Assembly (NCBI GenBank): GCA_034520665.1
Contig: JAXHNJ010000001.1
Span: 2,579 to 66,578, forward strand
Source of the DNA: Patescibacteria group bacterium
GTDB lineage: Bacteria; Patescibacteriota; Patescibacteriia; JAXHNJ01
Reading direction: 5' to 3'
Length of the DNA stretch: 64,000 nt
Position numbers and translations under genes: made by a program. The notes below the pieces were generated by a model that was given only the letters and a program-made list of their open reading frames with translations, was not told the origin of the DNA and did not search any database. Positions 48,483-61,307 of the stretch are shown here, in pieces. The number at the start of each line of letters is the position of its first letter. Within the stretch, counting starts at the first letter, position 1.

Positions 48483-49691
48483 ATGGCCGTTTTTGATTAT
48501 AAAGCAAAAAATAAATCAGGGGATACAGTCAATGGGGCGGTAGAGGCGCCTTCAGAAAATGTCGCTCAGGAAGTTCTGCGCGACAAGGGCTTGATTGTCC
48601 TTTCGGTTAATGAACGGAGTAAAATAACTCTTTTTCAGTCTACTTTTGGTTTTTTGAAAAGAGTGCCGCGCAAAGACGTGGTTATGTTTTCCCGCCAATT
48701 AGCGGTTTTAATTGCGGCCACGGTGCCGATTGTTCAAGCCTTGCGCATATTGGTGAAGCAGCAGAAGAATGTTAATTTTAAAATAATTTTATCAGAAATT
48801 GCTGATGAAGTCGACGGCGGGGCCCGGCTCTCCCAAACCTTGGGAAAATATCCTCAGGTTTTTTCTGATTTTTTTGTTCATATGATTCGTTCTGGTGAAA
48901 CCACTGGTAAACTAGATGAAACTTTAAATTATCTGGCTGATCAGCAGGAGAGGGATTATGACTTAATGAGTAAGATTAAAGGAGCCATGATTTATCCGGT
49001 ATTTATTGTCGGCGGTATGATCGCGGTGGGTGTTTTAATGATGATTTTTGTGCTGCCAAAGTTAACCGAAGTTTTGGAACAAGGCGGCGGTGAACTGCCT
49101 TGGTCCACTAAGTTGGTTATGGGGACTAGCGGATTTTTACAAAGTAAGTGGTGGCTCTTGCTTTTGATAATTATAATACTAGTAGCGGTTTTTATTTTAA
49201 TCAGAAAAAATCCGGCTGGCCAGAGAAAGCTGGATGAGCTAAAAATGCGTCTGCCGGTTTTTGGCCAAATTTACCAAAATATTTATTTAGTCCGTTTTTC
49301 TCGCAGTCTTGCTACTCTTCTTGTCTCTGGGGTTACTTTAACAAAATCTTTGGAAATTACCGGTGATATTGTCGGTAATCTTTTGTATAAGGAATTAGTA
49401 GAGGATACTATTGAGGACGTAGAATCGGGAAAGTCTATTGCCACTAGTTTTTTAAAAAGTAAAGCCGTACCGGTAATGCTGCCCCATATGATGGCTATTG
49501 GTGAACAAACCGGTAAAATGGACTTAATTTTAGACAAAATTTCCGGATTTTACGCTCGCGAGCTGGAAAATACAGTGAATAATTTAGTTAGCCTGATCCA
49601 GCCCTTTATTCTTGTAATTATGGGTATTGGCGTAGCCGTAATGGTTATGTCTATATTACTACCGATGTATAATTTGTCGCAAGCTGTATAA
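48483..49691 (+). CDS. pilC: Type IV pilus platform protein PilC/GspF
   Basis: FSRQLAVLI, GETTGKLD, AMIYP and GEQTGKMD motifs. Confidence 0.95.
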   Translation: MAVFDYKAKNKSGDTVNGAVEAPSENVAQEVLRDKGLIVLSVNERSKITLFQSTFGFLKRVPRKDVVMFSRQLAVLIAATVPIVQALRILVKQQKNVNFKIILSEIADEVDGGARLSQTLGKYPQVFSDFFVHMIRSGETTGKLDETLNYLADQQERDYDLMSKIKGAMIYPVFIVGGMIAVGVLMMIFVLPKLTEVLEQGGGELPWSTKLVMGTSGFLQSKWWLLLLIIIILVAVFILIRKNPAGQRKLDELKMRLPVFGQIYQNIYLVRFSRSLATLLVSGVTLTKSLEITGDIVGNLLYKELVEDTIEDVESGKSIATSFLKSKAVPVMLPHMMAIGEQTGKMDLILDKISGFYARELENTVNNLVSLIQPFILVIMGIGVAVMVMSILLPMYNLSQAV

Positions 49692-49747
49692 ATAAGCCTT
49701 ATTATGCTATAATTTAGGGGCAGATAAGGATAAAAAAGTTTTTAAAC

Positions 49748-49776
49748 TTGACAAAATATATAATATTTGTTAAAAT
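49748..49776 (+). promoter_or_regulatory. Promoter of the probable major pilin
   Basis: TTGACA-17 bp-TAAAAT with TGn extension; GGGAGGTGA SD before ATG 49898. Confidence 0.7.
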
Positions 49777-49897
49777 ATAAGTAGTCGAGATATAAAGATA
49801 AACAATAATTTTCAGAATTTTCATAATTTGTTGTCAGGCTAGTCGATTACTGATAACAAAAAGAAAACTGAAAAACAAAAAGAAGGGAGGTGACAAA

Positions 49898-50437
49898 ATG
49901 AAAAACAAAAAAGGTTTTACTTTAATTGAATTGTTAGTGGTTATTGCTATTATTGGTATTTTGTCAGCCATTGGTTTGGTGGCTTTGAACGGAGCTCGTG
50001 AAAAAGCTCGTGACGCCCAGGCCAAGTCTGACTTAGGCCAGATTAGAACCGCTTTGACTCTTTATAACGATGATGAAGGGGAATATCCTGACGCCGCTAC
50101 TTTAGTAAGTATTAATGCTAGTATTATGGGTACCGATTTAGTGCCTGATTATTTGGGTACAGCATTAACTCCACCTGATGGAGCAACTGCAATAGGCTCA
50201 ACTACTTCATTTGATAGAGTATACTATTATATTGAAGATGATGCTGAAAATACTTTTGGATTAGCTTATATCCTAGAAGGAGGCGGTGGTGATTCGGTTT
50301 ATTTTCTTAACTCTGATGGAGGCTCGGGAGAGTTAGATATTACTGAGCCAGTCGATGAGGCCGCTTTTATAGATAGTGTTGAATGTTTAGATAGCACAAG
50401 CGGTAGCTTAGATATATGTGAGGGTGTTATTAATTAA
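49898..50437 (+). CDS. Type IV pilin (probable major pilin)
   Basis: [19 protein letters not shown] prepilin motif, with its own promoter, SD and terminator. Confidence 0.92.
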   Translation: MKNKKGFTLIELLVVIAIIGILSAIGLVALNGAREKARDAQAKSDLGQIRTALTLYNDDEGEYPDAATLVSINASIMGTDLVPDYLGTALTPPDGATAIGSTTSFDRVYYYIEDDAENTFGLAYILEGGGGDSVYFLNSDGGSGELDITEPVDEAAFIDSVECLDSTSGSLDICEGVIN

Positions 50438-50505
50438 CCCATAGAAAATCTCTAAAGATATTATTGATACAGGAATAAGCAAAAAAACACTTATTTATAT
50501 AGAGG

Positions 50506-50542
50506 AAAGGACCTTTATTAAAAGAGGTCCTTTTTCTTTTTA
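50506..50542 (+). terminator. Intrinsic terminator
   Basis: AAAGGACCT...AGGTCCTTT plus T tract. Confidence 0.75.
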
Positions 50543-50565
50543 TAAATATTTGTTATAATTTATAT

Positions 50566-50976
50566 ATGAATAATAAAGGCTTAAATTTAAAAGAATTAAT
50601 TATATTCACGGCTTTGCTTTTACTGATTATTGTTTTGGGGATTTTACTTCTTCGCAGTGAAAGAGCCCGAGTTAGGGACGCTAAAAGAGTAGCTGATATG
50701 ACGCGTCTGCGCTATGGTTTTGAAATACTATTTAATGAAGAGAATAGCTACGCTCCGGCCGCTGAAGGATGTGAGCAGGAAAATTCTTTAGCCTCAAAGT
50801 GTAATTTGAGTCAATATTTGCCTAATATTTCTTCTATCAAAGATCCGGGTAAATACAGTTATCAAGTAAAATCAGTACCGGATAAAGAAAATTATGTTAT
50901 AAGTTTTTCTTTGGAAAAAGATTATGATGGTTTAGTAGCTGGCAAACACCTTTTAGACTCAAACGGCATACATTAA
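50566..50976 (+). CDS. Minor pilin-like protein
   Basis: KG-LNLKELII variant prepilin motif and RVRDAKRVAD. Confidence 0.8.
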   Translation: MNNKGLNLKELIIFTALLLLIIVLGILLLRSERARVRDAKRVADMTRLRYGFEILFNEENSYAPAAEGCEQENSLASKCNLSQYLPNISSIKDPGKYSYQVKSVPDKENYVISFSLEKDYDGLVAGKHLLDSNGIH

Positions 50977-51002
50977 TGGTGTTTGAAAGTTTGAATTTTT
51001 TC

Positions 51003-52270
51003 AAGCAGAGATAAATCTTTTGCCTACGCGTTGAGTAGTAGGTGTTTCTTCTTTTTGAATCGCTATTGATTTATCTTTGTTTTTTAATTCATCCTCATTC
51101 CGCGTCGGTGGAGATCCTCATCTCCACTTTAACAATAGTAAGCGGTGTCCACGCGAAAGCGTGAGAATGTATCAATTTTTTTGTTAACATAGCGCCGGAT
51201 AAATCCGGCGCCAGGGTGTTAAATAATATAAAATACAACCCGGCGTAACATCCATATGGCGACATTTTAAAAAGATTACTCCACGAGTATAAATTAATTA
51301 GTATTAAAACAAAGGGTTTTGGGCCGAGCCGCTAGTTTGGTTATTAGGCTGAGTCAATGGTTTTTTATTCCAAACCCACCACCAAAACCTTACTAGCTGC
51401 TATAACCATAACCAATTAGCAAAACATAAATCGCCGGATAAATCCGGCGCCTTCACTTCTCCATCCGCGTAGCTGGAGATTTATCTCCAGGGGTTAGAAT
51501 AATTCGGGTAGAGGTGAGCCCTCGCTCGCCTCTAAAATAAGGCCAAAGCGAGGGCTTTGGCCGACCCTTTTTATTATAAATACTAAAATAATTTTCAAAA
51601 AGCTAAATTCTCTAAAATTATTAATCTGTCTTCATTAAATAATCATTTAAATAATAATTCCTATAACCTGAGTATTTATAATCTTCCGAATTTTTAAAGC
51701 TTTTATAAAATACTCTATTATTTTATCGCGAGAAGAACTGGTCCCCAGACCTGTTCTGGCAATATATTTACTAAGCTCAAGGCCGAGTGACTAGAGCTTC
51801 TCGGTGAGTTAAAGATTTAATAATCTATTTTTTCTCGAGAAGGTTGGATCTCCTGATCCAACCGAATAAGGTGACGCGGATCAGGAGATCCGCGCTTCTC
51901 GGGTAATTTTAAGGGCTTCCTTGGCAGTTTGTTTTATACTAGGTAGAGGCGGGTCATGGCTCGTCTCTAGGCCTGGTCTATTAATATTAAAAATAAATTT
52001 AAACAAAAGCATAATATTTGAAATATTTAATATATTGCGGGAATAGGCATTCCCGGCTAGGCGGTTTTATTTAAAGGCGGAGATAAATCTCCGCCTACGC
52101 GAAAACAAACATCTTTATCTGCGTCGGTGGAGATCTCCATCTCCACATTAATAATAGTAAGTGGTGTCCACGCGAAAGCGTGAGAATGTATCAATTTTTT
52201 TGTTAACATAGCGCCGGATAAATTCGGCGCCTTCACCTCTTCATCCGCGTAGCTGGAGATTTATCTCCAG
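51003..52270. repeat. Cluster of REP-like palindromes and REPIN-like doublets of several families
   Basis: More than a dozen GC-rich hairpins with GTAG/GTCG/ATAG or CGAGAAG feet. Direct repeats 51102-51212/52121-52231 and 51432-51490/52212-52270. Confidence 0.85.
51621..51704 (-). pseudogene. Probable C-terminal relic of a REP-associated tyrosine transposase (RAYT)
   Basis: KSFKNSEDYKYSGYRNYYLNDYLMKTD* resembles the xEDYxYSSxRNY tail of RAYTs and is flanked by REP doublets. Confidence 0.5.
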
Positions 52271-52321
52271 ATTCATCTTCGGTTTAAATAAGGTCTTTTT
52301 TATGGTATAATATAATAAAGT

Positions 52322-53092
52322 ATGAGCATTATTTATTATTTATTAATCTTTATTTTTGGCCTCATTGGTGGCAGTTTTTTAAATGCGGTTATTTACCGTC
52401 TTCATGCGAAAAAGTCATTTTTAAAGGGACGTTCATTTTGCCCTCATTGCCAACATCAGCTAAAAACCGCTGATTTAATACCACTTTTCAGCTTTATTTT
52501 TTTAAAAGGTCAATGCCGCTATTGCCAAAAAAAAATATCCTGGCAGTATCCTCTGGTGGAATTAGCAACCGCTTTGTGTTTTTGTCTTTTATTTTTTCGT
52601 TTTAACTGGTCTTTAGAATTTATTTTTTATCTGGTTATTACTCTTTTTCTGATTATTATTTTTGTTTATGACTGGCGCTATCATCTTATTTTAGATAAGG
52701 TCAGTATAACGGCTGTGATTTTGGCTTTAATTTTTAGTTTAATATTAGGCTTATCAATTTATAGCCTTTTATTAGGCGCTTTGATTGGTGGCGGTTTTTT
52801 CTTTTTGCAGTATTTAATATCAAAAGGTAAATGGATTGGCGGCGGTGATATTCGTTTGGGAGTTTTAATGGGTTTTATACTGGGCTGGCAAAAAATTTTA
52901 GTAGCGCTGTTTTTAGCTTATTTTGTTGGCGCTGTATTTGCCATATTTTTAATAATATTAAAGAATAAGAAATTAAAAAGTCATCTGCCTTTTGGCACTT
53001 TTTTAACTGCCGGAACTTTTGTGGCTCTGCTTTGGGGCCAAGTAATTATAGACTGGTATTTATCGGGGAGTTTAGTCAATTGGTTTTATTAA
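52322..53092 (+). CDS. pilD: Prepilin peptidase
   Basis: [29 protein letters not shown] and PFGTFL motifs. Confidence 0.96.
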   Translation: MSIIYYLLIFIFGLIGGSFLNAVIYRLHAKKSFLKGRSFCPHCQHQLKTADLIPLFSFIFLKGQCRYCQKKISWQYPLVELATALCFCLLFFRFNWSLEFIFYLVITLFLIIIFVYDWRYHLILDKVSITAVILALIFSLILGLSIYSLLLGALIGGGFFFLQYLISKGKWIGGGDIRLGVLMGFILGWQKILVALFLAYFVGAVFAIFLIILKNKKLKSHLPFGTFLTAGTFVALLWGQVIIDWYLSGSLVNWFY

Positions 53093-53095
53093 ATT

Positions 53096-53788
53096 ATGAA
53101 ATTATCATCAAGAAAAAAAGGTTTTACCCTAATTGAAATAATTGTTTCTTTTGCGGTTTTTACTATATTAATGGGGGTGGTTATTTTTGGCTTCCAAGAC
53201 ACCAAGAAACATGAAGAATTGCGTGGGGCTAGTTTACAGATGGTGAGCAATATTAAAAAGGTGCAAAATTACGCTCAGACTGGCCATGAATTTGAAGATG
53301 AGGTACCGGCCGGTGGCTATGGTTTGCATATAGATTTGAGTAATCAATCCCAGTATTTATTGTTTGCTGATAAATCATCTGTTAGTACGGCTACTGGTTG
53401 TGTTGATGATGCTGGTAATCAAAGATATGATAATGAAGATGGCTACAGTCCGTCTTGTATTGAGGATAAGATAATCGGAGCTGGGCAGGTTAATTTTGAT
53501 CAAGGAGTTACCATAAACAAAATTGAAGTAAAAGAAATAAATAAAAGCGAAATTATTTTGGATACAAGCCATGATTTTGATCTTACTTTTAAAAATCTTA
53601 AACCCTTCCCTTTTATTGGTTGGCTCAATCAAAATATCAACCGAGATCCGGGTAATGAAAATTTTAATTCTGAAAAAATAGAATATGTTAATATTTATTT
53701 GAGTCATGAAGACTTAAATAAATGCCGTAAAATTCATATTATTGGCGCTTCCGGTGCTGTTAATGAAGAGAGTTCAGATTGCCCCTAA
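53096..53788 (+). CDS. Minor pilin (FimT/GspH-like)
   Basis: KKG-FTLIE prepilin motif. Confidence 0.88.
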   Translation: MKLSSRKKGFTLIEIIVSFAVFTILMGVVIFGFQDTKKHEELRGASLQMVSNIKKVQNYAQTGHEFEDEVPAGGYGLHIDLSNQSQYLLFADKSSVSTATGCVDDAGNQRYDNEDGYSPSCIEDKIIGAGQVNFDQGVTINKIEVKEINKSEIILDTSHDFDLTFKNLKPFPFIGWLNQNINRDPGNENFNSEKIEYVNIYLSHEDLNKCRKIHIIGASGAVNEESSDCP

Positions 53789-53798
53789 ATTAAAAATT

Positions 53799-54350
53799 AT
53801 GAGAATATTTAGAAAAATCAAAAATAAAATTAAAGGTATGTCGCTGATGGAGACTATTTTAGCCGTGGGTTTGGTGATGTCAGTCATTATTGGTTCTTTA
53901 ACTATTGGCATCTACACCACTCGTATTGGCCGCAGCAGCCAGAATCGCTTAATTGCTATAAATTTAGCACAAGAAGGGGTTGAAGTAGTGAGAAATATAA
54001 GAGATACAAACTGGCTTAAGGAAAATTCTTGGAATGATGGTTTAGCGGAAGGAACTTATAAGATTGATCAATACGTACTAACAAGCCCTCCGGAAAAATG
54101 GTTCCAAAAATTGAAAGGAGCTGGAAACTGTGATGATAGCAATCCTTGCTGGCTATATTTAGATAATGATTATGGTTTTTATTCGCTTAATTCAACTGCA
54201 GGAAAAAACACGGGATTTTCTCGTGTTATTGAAATAACAAATATTGATGTCAATACAATTCAGGTGGTCTCAAGAATTAACTGGCAGGAAAATGGGAAAG
54301 ATAAAGAATATTTAATAGAAGAAAAATTAACTGACTGGCGCGATGATTAA
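53799..54350 (+). CDS. Minor pilin (PilV-like)
   Basis: KG-MSLME, AINLAQEGVEVVRNIRD. ATG 53799 preferred as start. Confidence 0.85.
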   Translation: MRIFRKIKNKIKGMSLMETILAVGLVMSVIIGSLTIGIYTTRIGRSSQNRLIAINLAQEGVEVVRNIRDTNWLKENSWNDGLAEGTYKIDQYVLTSPPEKWFQKLKGAGNCDDSNPCWLYLDNDYGFYSLNSTAGKNTGFSRVIEITNIDVNTIQVVSRINWQENGKDKEYLIEEKLTDWRDD

Positions 54351-55032
54351 TATATTTAAAAATAATAAAAAAGGTTTTACCTTATTGGAGATGCTAATTT
54401 CAGCGTCTATTTTTGCTATTACGGTAGTGATTGGAGTGGATATATTTTTTGGGGTAGCCCGGATGCAGAAGAGAACTACTTATGTCCAAAATGTGCAAGC
54501 TGACGCCCGGTATGTCCTGGAAGAAATGGCTAAACAGCTCCGGCAGGGGATGATAAATTACCAGTGGTATGATAAAGAAAATTCTCCAGTTAAAGAAAAA
54601 ATACCGCTTTCAGATTTAAGAGATAACAGCCATGAAGATAATAAAATTTTAGCCACTAAAGACTTGGACGGCAATCAATTCTTTTTTGAAAGGGTACCAG
54701 AAGGTACCTTGCATGATGGCTCTGTTCGCTATGTAATGAAAGTTTGTTCTATTGATATTACCGGCGGTGACGATTTAGATAAATGTGATGACCGAACAAA
54801 TAATAGTAGTTGGCAAATAGTAACTCCAAACGAAATAAATGTTGATAAATTTTACCTTTTTGTTTCTCCCTCAAAAGATCCTTTTGTATTAGATGAGAAT
54901 TCTCAATATGAAGCCAACCAGCAGCCGATGGTAACTATTGTTTTTCACACCTCAACTGACCGGCCCGAAAAAGAATATCAAATTGATACCAAGTTATCAA
55001 CCACTATTTCCTCGCGTATTTACAAAAGATAA
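54343..55032 (+). CDS. Minor pilin (PilW/GspJ-like)
   Basis: KKG-FTLLE and C-terminal TTISSR. Confidence 0.87.
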   Translation: MINIFKNNKKGFTLLEMLISASIFAITVVIGVDIFFGVARMQKRTTYVQNVQADARYVLEEMAKQLRQGMINYQWYDKENSPVKEKIPLSDLRDNSHEDNKILATKDLDGNQFFFERVPEGTLHDGSVRYVMKVCSIDITGGDDLDKCDDRTNNSSWQIVTPNEINVDKFYLFVSPSKDPFVLDENSQYEANQQPMVTIVFHTSTDRPEKEYQIDTKLSTTISSRIYKR

Positions 55033-55037
55033 ATTTT

Positions 55038-57882
<2,845 letters not shown>

Positions 57883-57899
57883 TTAGTTATAATAAAGCT

Positions 57900-58187
57900 A
57901 TGAAAATATCAAAAAAAGAAGTAAAACATATTGCCAGTTTGGCCCGGCTAGATCTCACCGAGCCGGAAAAAAATAAATTTTCCCAGGAACTAACTTCGGT
58001 TATTGATTATATTGACCAACTAAAAAAAATTAAAACAAAAAAGACTAAACCTCTTTACCAAACCGGAGTTTCGGCCAATAACACCGCCAGAGATAGGGTA
58101 AACCAATCTAGTAATCAAGATAATATTAAAAAAGAGTTTCCTGAAGAAGAAGATGATTATCTTAAAATTAACAAGGTTTTTGAATAA
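57900..58187 (+). CDS. gatC: Asp/Glu-tRNA amidotransferase subunit C
   Basis: ISKKEVKHIASLARL; adjacent to gatA. Confidence 0.92.
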   Translation: MKISKKEVKHIASLARLDLTEPEKNKFSQELTSVIDYIDQLKKIKTKKTKPLYQTGVSANNTARDRVNQSSNQDNIKKEFPEEEDDYLKINKVFE

Positions 58188-59626
58188 TGAAATTTGATAA
58201 GCTAAGTATTAAAAAAGCTCATCAGGGCCTTATAAACCAGGATTTTTCGGCTCAGGAGTTAACAGAGTATTATTTAAAAAAGATAGAAGAAAAAAACAAA
58301 TCATTAAATGCTTTTTTGCAGTTAAACAAAGATTTAGCCTTGGATCAGGCTAAAAAAGTAGATAATAAAATTAGCCAGGGAGAAGACTTAAGTGCTTTGG
58401 CTGGTTTGCCTATGGCTATGAAGGACAATATTCTGGTTAAAGGTTTACCAGCCACAGCTGGCTCAAAAATTTTAGAAAACTATCGGGCCGTTTATGACGC
58501 CACTGTGGCTAAAAAATTAAAAAATAATAATTTTATACATTTGGGACGCACAAATTTAGATGAATTTGCTATGGGCTCATCTTGTGAAAATTCAGCCTTT
58601 GGCCCGACAAAAAATCCGCTTGACCTCACTCGGGTGCCCGGAGGTTCATCCGGCGGCAGTGCCGCGGCCGTGGCGGCCGATATGGCTTTGTACGCTTTGG
58701 GCTCGGACACTGGCGGTTCTGTACGGCAGCCAGCCGCTTTCTGCGGCTTGGTCGGCCTCAAGCCGACCTACGGCCGCGTCTCACGCTATGGTTTATTCTC
58801 TCTTACTTCTTCAACGGATGTCATTGGCTCTTTAACCCGCTCGGTTCCAGACGCTGCTTTTGTTTTAGAAGGTATAGCCGGTTTTGATAAAAAAGATTCA
58901 ACCAGCGCTAATAAAAAAGTGGAAAATTATTCTAAGGATATTGATAAACATCCCGGCCGTTTAAAAATAGGTCTACCTAAAGAGTATTTTGGCGACCAGT
59001 TAGATAACGATATTAAAAAGAGTTTGAATAAAGTAATAGAAAATATGGGACACGATAAATTTGAAATAAAAAAAATTTCCTTACCGCACACAGAATATGC
59101 CGTAGCCACTTATTATATTGTTAATCCTTGCGAGGCTTCTTCCAACCTGGCTCGTTATGATGGTATTCGTTATGGAAGACGAGATAAAGAAAGTGAAAAT
59201 TTACGGCAAACCTATATTAATTCCCGAGTAAAAGGCCTAGGAGCTGAACCCAAGCGCCGTATTATGCTGGGCACCTATGCTCTTTCCTCGGGCTATTTTG
59301 AGGCTTATTATCTCAAGGCGCAAAAAGTAAGAAGATTGATTTATGAGGATTTTATTAAATCTTTTGAAAAAGTTGATATTATTATTACTCCGACTGTGCC
59401 GACGGTTGCTTTTAAACTAGGGGAAAAACAAGAGCCCTTATCTATGTATTTATCGGATATATTCTTAAGTGGCGTCAGCTTAGCTGGGTTGCCGGCTTTG
59501 AGTCTGCCTTTTTATGGAAAGAAAAAACTGCCTTATTCACTCCAGCTTATCTCACCTCATTTTACCGAAAAAAAGCTTCTCAATTTTGGTAATTATATGG
59601 AAAAAAATTATTTGATAAAAAAGTAA
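58187..59626 (+). CDS. gatA: Asp/Glu-tRNA amidotransferase subunit A
   Basis: GGSSGGSAAA, GSDTGGSVRQPA and SSNLARYDG motifs. Confidence 0.97.
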   Translation: MKFDKLSIKKAHQGLINQDFSAQELTEYYLKKIEEKNKSLNAFLQLNKDLALDQAKKVDNKISQGEDLSALAGLPMAMKDNILVKGLPATAGSKILENYRAVYDATVAKKLKNNNFIHLGRTNLDEFAMGSSCENSAFGPTKNPLDLTRVPGGSSGGSAAAVAADMALYALGSDTGGSVRQPAAFCGLVGLKPTYGRVSRYGLFSLTSSTDVIGSLTRSVPDAAFVLEGIAGFDKKDSTSANKKVENYSKDIDKHPGRLKIGLPKEYFGDQLDNDIKKSLNKVIENMGHDKFEIKKISLPHTEYAVATYYIVNPCEASSNLARYDGIRYGRRDKESENLRQTYINSRVKGLGAEPKRRIMLGTYALSSGYFEAYYLKAQKVRRLIYEDFIKSFEKVDIIITPTVPTVAFKLGEKQEPLSMYLSDIFLSGVSLAGLPALSLPFYGKKKLPYSLQLISPHFTEKKLLNFGNYMEKNYLIKK

Positions 59627-59664
59627 ATAACTGATATAATGTTATTAATTAATAATGAAAAAAT

Positions 59665-60039
59665 ATGACAAACAAAACTAAAATTTTACTAGTAGAAGAC
59701 GAGAAAACGCTTTCTGACATGTATAAAACCAAGTTTGAAATGGAAAATTATGAAATTATTCAATCTTTTGACGGTAAAGATGGTTTGGAAAAAGCCAAAA
59801 AAATAGATCCGGATATAATTCTATTGGATATTATACTGCCTAAGTTAGATGGTTTTTTGGTTTTGAAAGATTTAAAGTCAGATGATCAATTAAAGAAAAT
59901 TCCGGTTTTGCTTTTGACTAATTTGGGTCAGGAAGATGACATTAAAAAAGGCAAGAAACTGGGAGCTGACGGCTATTTTGTCAAAGCCAATCATAACCCA
60001 GCGGAAATAGTTGACAAGGTTAGAGAACAATTAAAATAA
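59665..60039 (+). CDS. Single-domain response regulator
   Basis: LVEDE and PDIILLDIILPKLDG; paralog of 47004-47399. Confidence 0.92.
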   Translation: MTNKTKILLVEDEKTLSDMYKTKFEMENYEIIQSFDGKDGLEKAKKIDPDIILLDIILPKLDGFLVLKDLKSDDQLKKIPVLLLTNLGQEDDIKKGKKLGADGYFVKANHNPAEIVDKVREQLK

Positions 60040-60054
60040 ATAAAATAAAAATAT

Positions 60055-60648
60055 ATGAGCGATTTGATCGAAAAAACCGTAGTTTTAATAAAACCTGACG
60101 GGGTAAAAAGAGGAGTAGTTGGTGAAATAATCAGCCGCTTTGAAAAAGCAGGCCTTAAAATTATCGGCATGAAAATGATTTGGATTGATAAAGAAATAGC
60201 TCAAAAGCATTATCCCGACGCCCGCGAGGAGCTTCTTAAGGGAATAGGCGAAAAAACTTTAAAGACTTATGAAAAATACGGTATGGACCCGAATGAAGAT
60301 TTAGGCACCAAAAACCCTCTTGAAATCGGAAAGATGGTCAACAGCTGGAATATGGATTTTATTACTTCTGGCCCGGTAGTGGCTATTCTTTTAGAAGGTT
60401 TGCACGCTATTGAAAATGTTCGTTCCATGGCTGGTAACACTCTGCCGACTTTTGCTACTCCCGGCACTATCCGTGGCGATTATTCTCTTGATTCACCGGC
60501 CTTGGCTAATGTCAAGAAAAGAGCGGTGCGCAACATAATTCATGCTTCCGGCAACAAAGAAGAAGCCAAGTACGAAGAGCAATTATGGTTTAAAGAACAT
60601 CAAATATATGATTATAAGAGAGCTGATGAAGATGTTATGTTTGAATAG
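60055..60648 (+). CDS. ndk: Nucleoside-diphosphate kinase
   Basis: IKPDGVKRG, PGTIRGD and NIIHAS motifs. Confidence 0.95.
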   Translation: MSDLIEKTVVLIKPDGVKRGVVGEIISRFEKAGLKIIGMKMIWIDKEIAQKHYPDAREELLKGIGEKTLKTYEKYGMDPNEDLGTKNPLEIGKMVNSWNMDFITSGPVVAILLEGLHAIENVRSMAGNTLPTFATPGTIRGDYSLDSPALANVKKRAVRNIIHASGNKEEAKYEEQLWFKEHQIYDYKRADEDVMFE

Positions 60649-60879
60649 ATTGAATATAAATTTGACCAGTTAAATATTATTTGATAGCATAAATATCAAT
60701 ATGTGGATAAATAGCAAAAAAAATATTTTAAATATTATTATCCGACCCGGCTTGGTATAGTATTGATATAATAGAATATTAAGATTATCCCGAGCCTTAT
60801 AAAAAGGGTCGGTTTTTTTGTTATTACTGGTTCTTTTAAAAAAATGGAAAGCTTTGCTTTCCAAAGAGAAAGGAGAAAA

Positions 60880-61041
60880 ATGAAAACTTGTCCAAAGTGT
60901 CAGTCTTTTTTACAGCCAACAGTGGTTGAAAAAGACGGAAAAAAAGAGATAATTAATGCTTGTTTGCGATGTCATCCGGAGTTATTCAATTTACCTAAAG
61001 GCTTAAAGGAGGTTTATCATGGCCCAAGACAAGAATGTTGA
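60880..61041 (+). CDS. Small zinc-ribbon protein (53 aa)
   Basis: AAGGAG SD, CPKC...CLRC. Confidence 0.6.
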   Translation: MKTCPKCQSFLQPTVVEKDGKKEIINACLRCHPELFNLPKGLKEVYHGPRQEC

Positions 61042-61141
61042 AACTAAGGAAGAGATGGAAGAAAATTCAAAGAAAAAAAGAGAAGAGACACCTAAAAAAG
61101 AGTTAACAGCTGAGGAATTCTTTAGTACTTTGGAGGTTTAA
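61019..61141 (+). CDS. Small charged protein (40 aa), below the ORF-track cutoff
   Basis: AAGGAGGT SD; MAQDKNVETKEEMEENSKKKREETPKKELTAEEFFSTLEV*. Confidence 0.55.
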   Translation: MAQDKNVETKEEMEENSKKKREETPKKELTAEEFFSTLEV

Positions 61142-61157
61142 CTCTCCTTTTTCTACT

Positions 61158-61200
61158 AAAGCCGCCGGTTACTAGAACTAGGCGGCTTTTTTTCTTTTTT
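61158..61200 (+). terminator. Intrinsic terminator
   Basis: AAAGCCGCC...GGCGGCTTT plus T tract. Confidence 0.85.
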
Positions 61201-61307
61201 ATAAACCTAAAGGTTTATATCAAGCTATGCGGCTTCATAAAACTTATTTTGCGCAGAAGGCATTTTTTTAAATTTAAATATCTTATTAGCTGAATAAGCT
61301 CAGCGCC

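Noticed and set aside
51240-51300. Possible second RAYT tail (INLYSWSNLF, minus strand)
   Set aside because: Only a YxWS-like match; too short to support.
50977-52321. CRISPR array
   Set aside because: Repeats are heterogeneous palindromes with irregular spacing and orientation, and there are no cas genes.
57900-59626. gatC-gatA without adjacent gatB
   Set aside because: Split gat operons are common; gatB is probably elsewhere.
61200-61300. Integron attC-like site
   Set aside because: No convincing RYYYAAC/GTTRRRY box pair with a complementary core, and no integrase.
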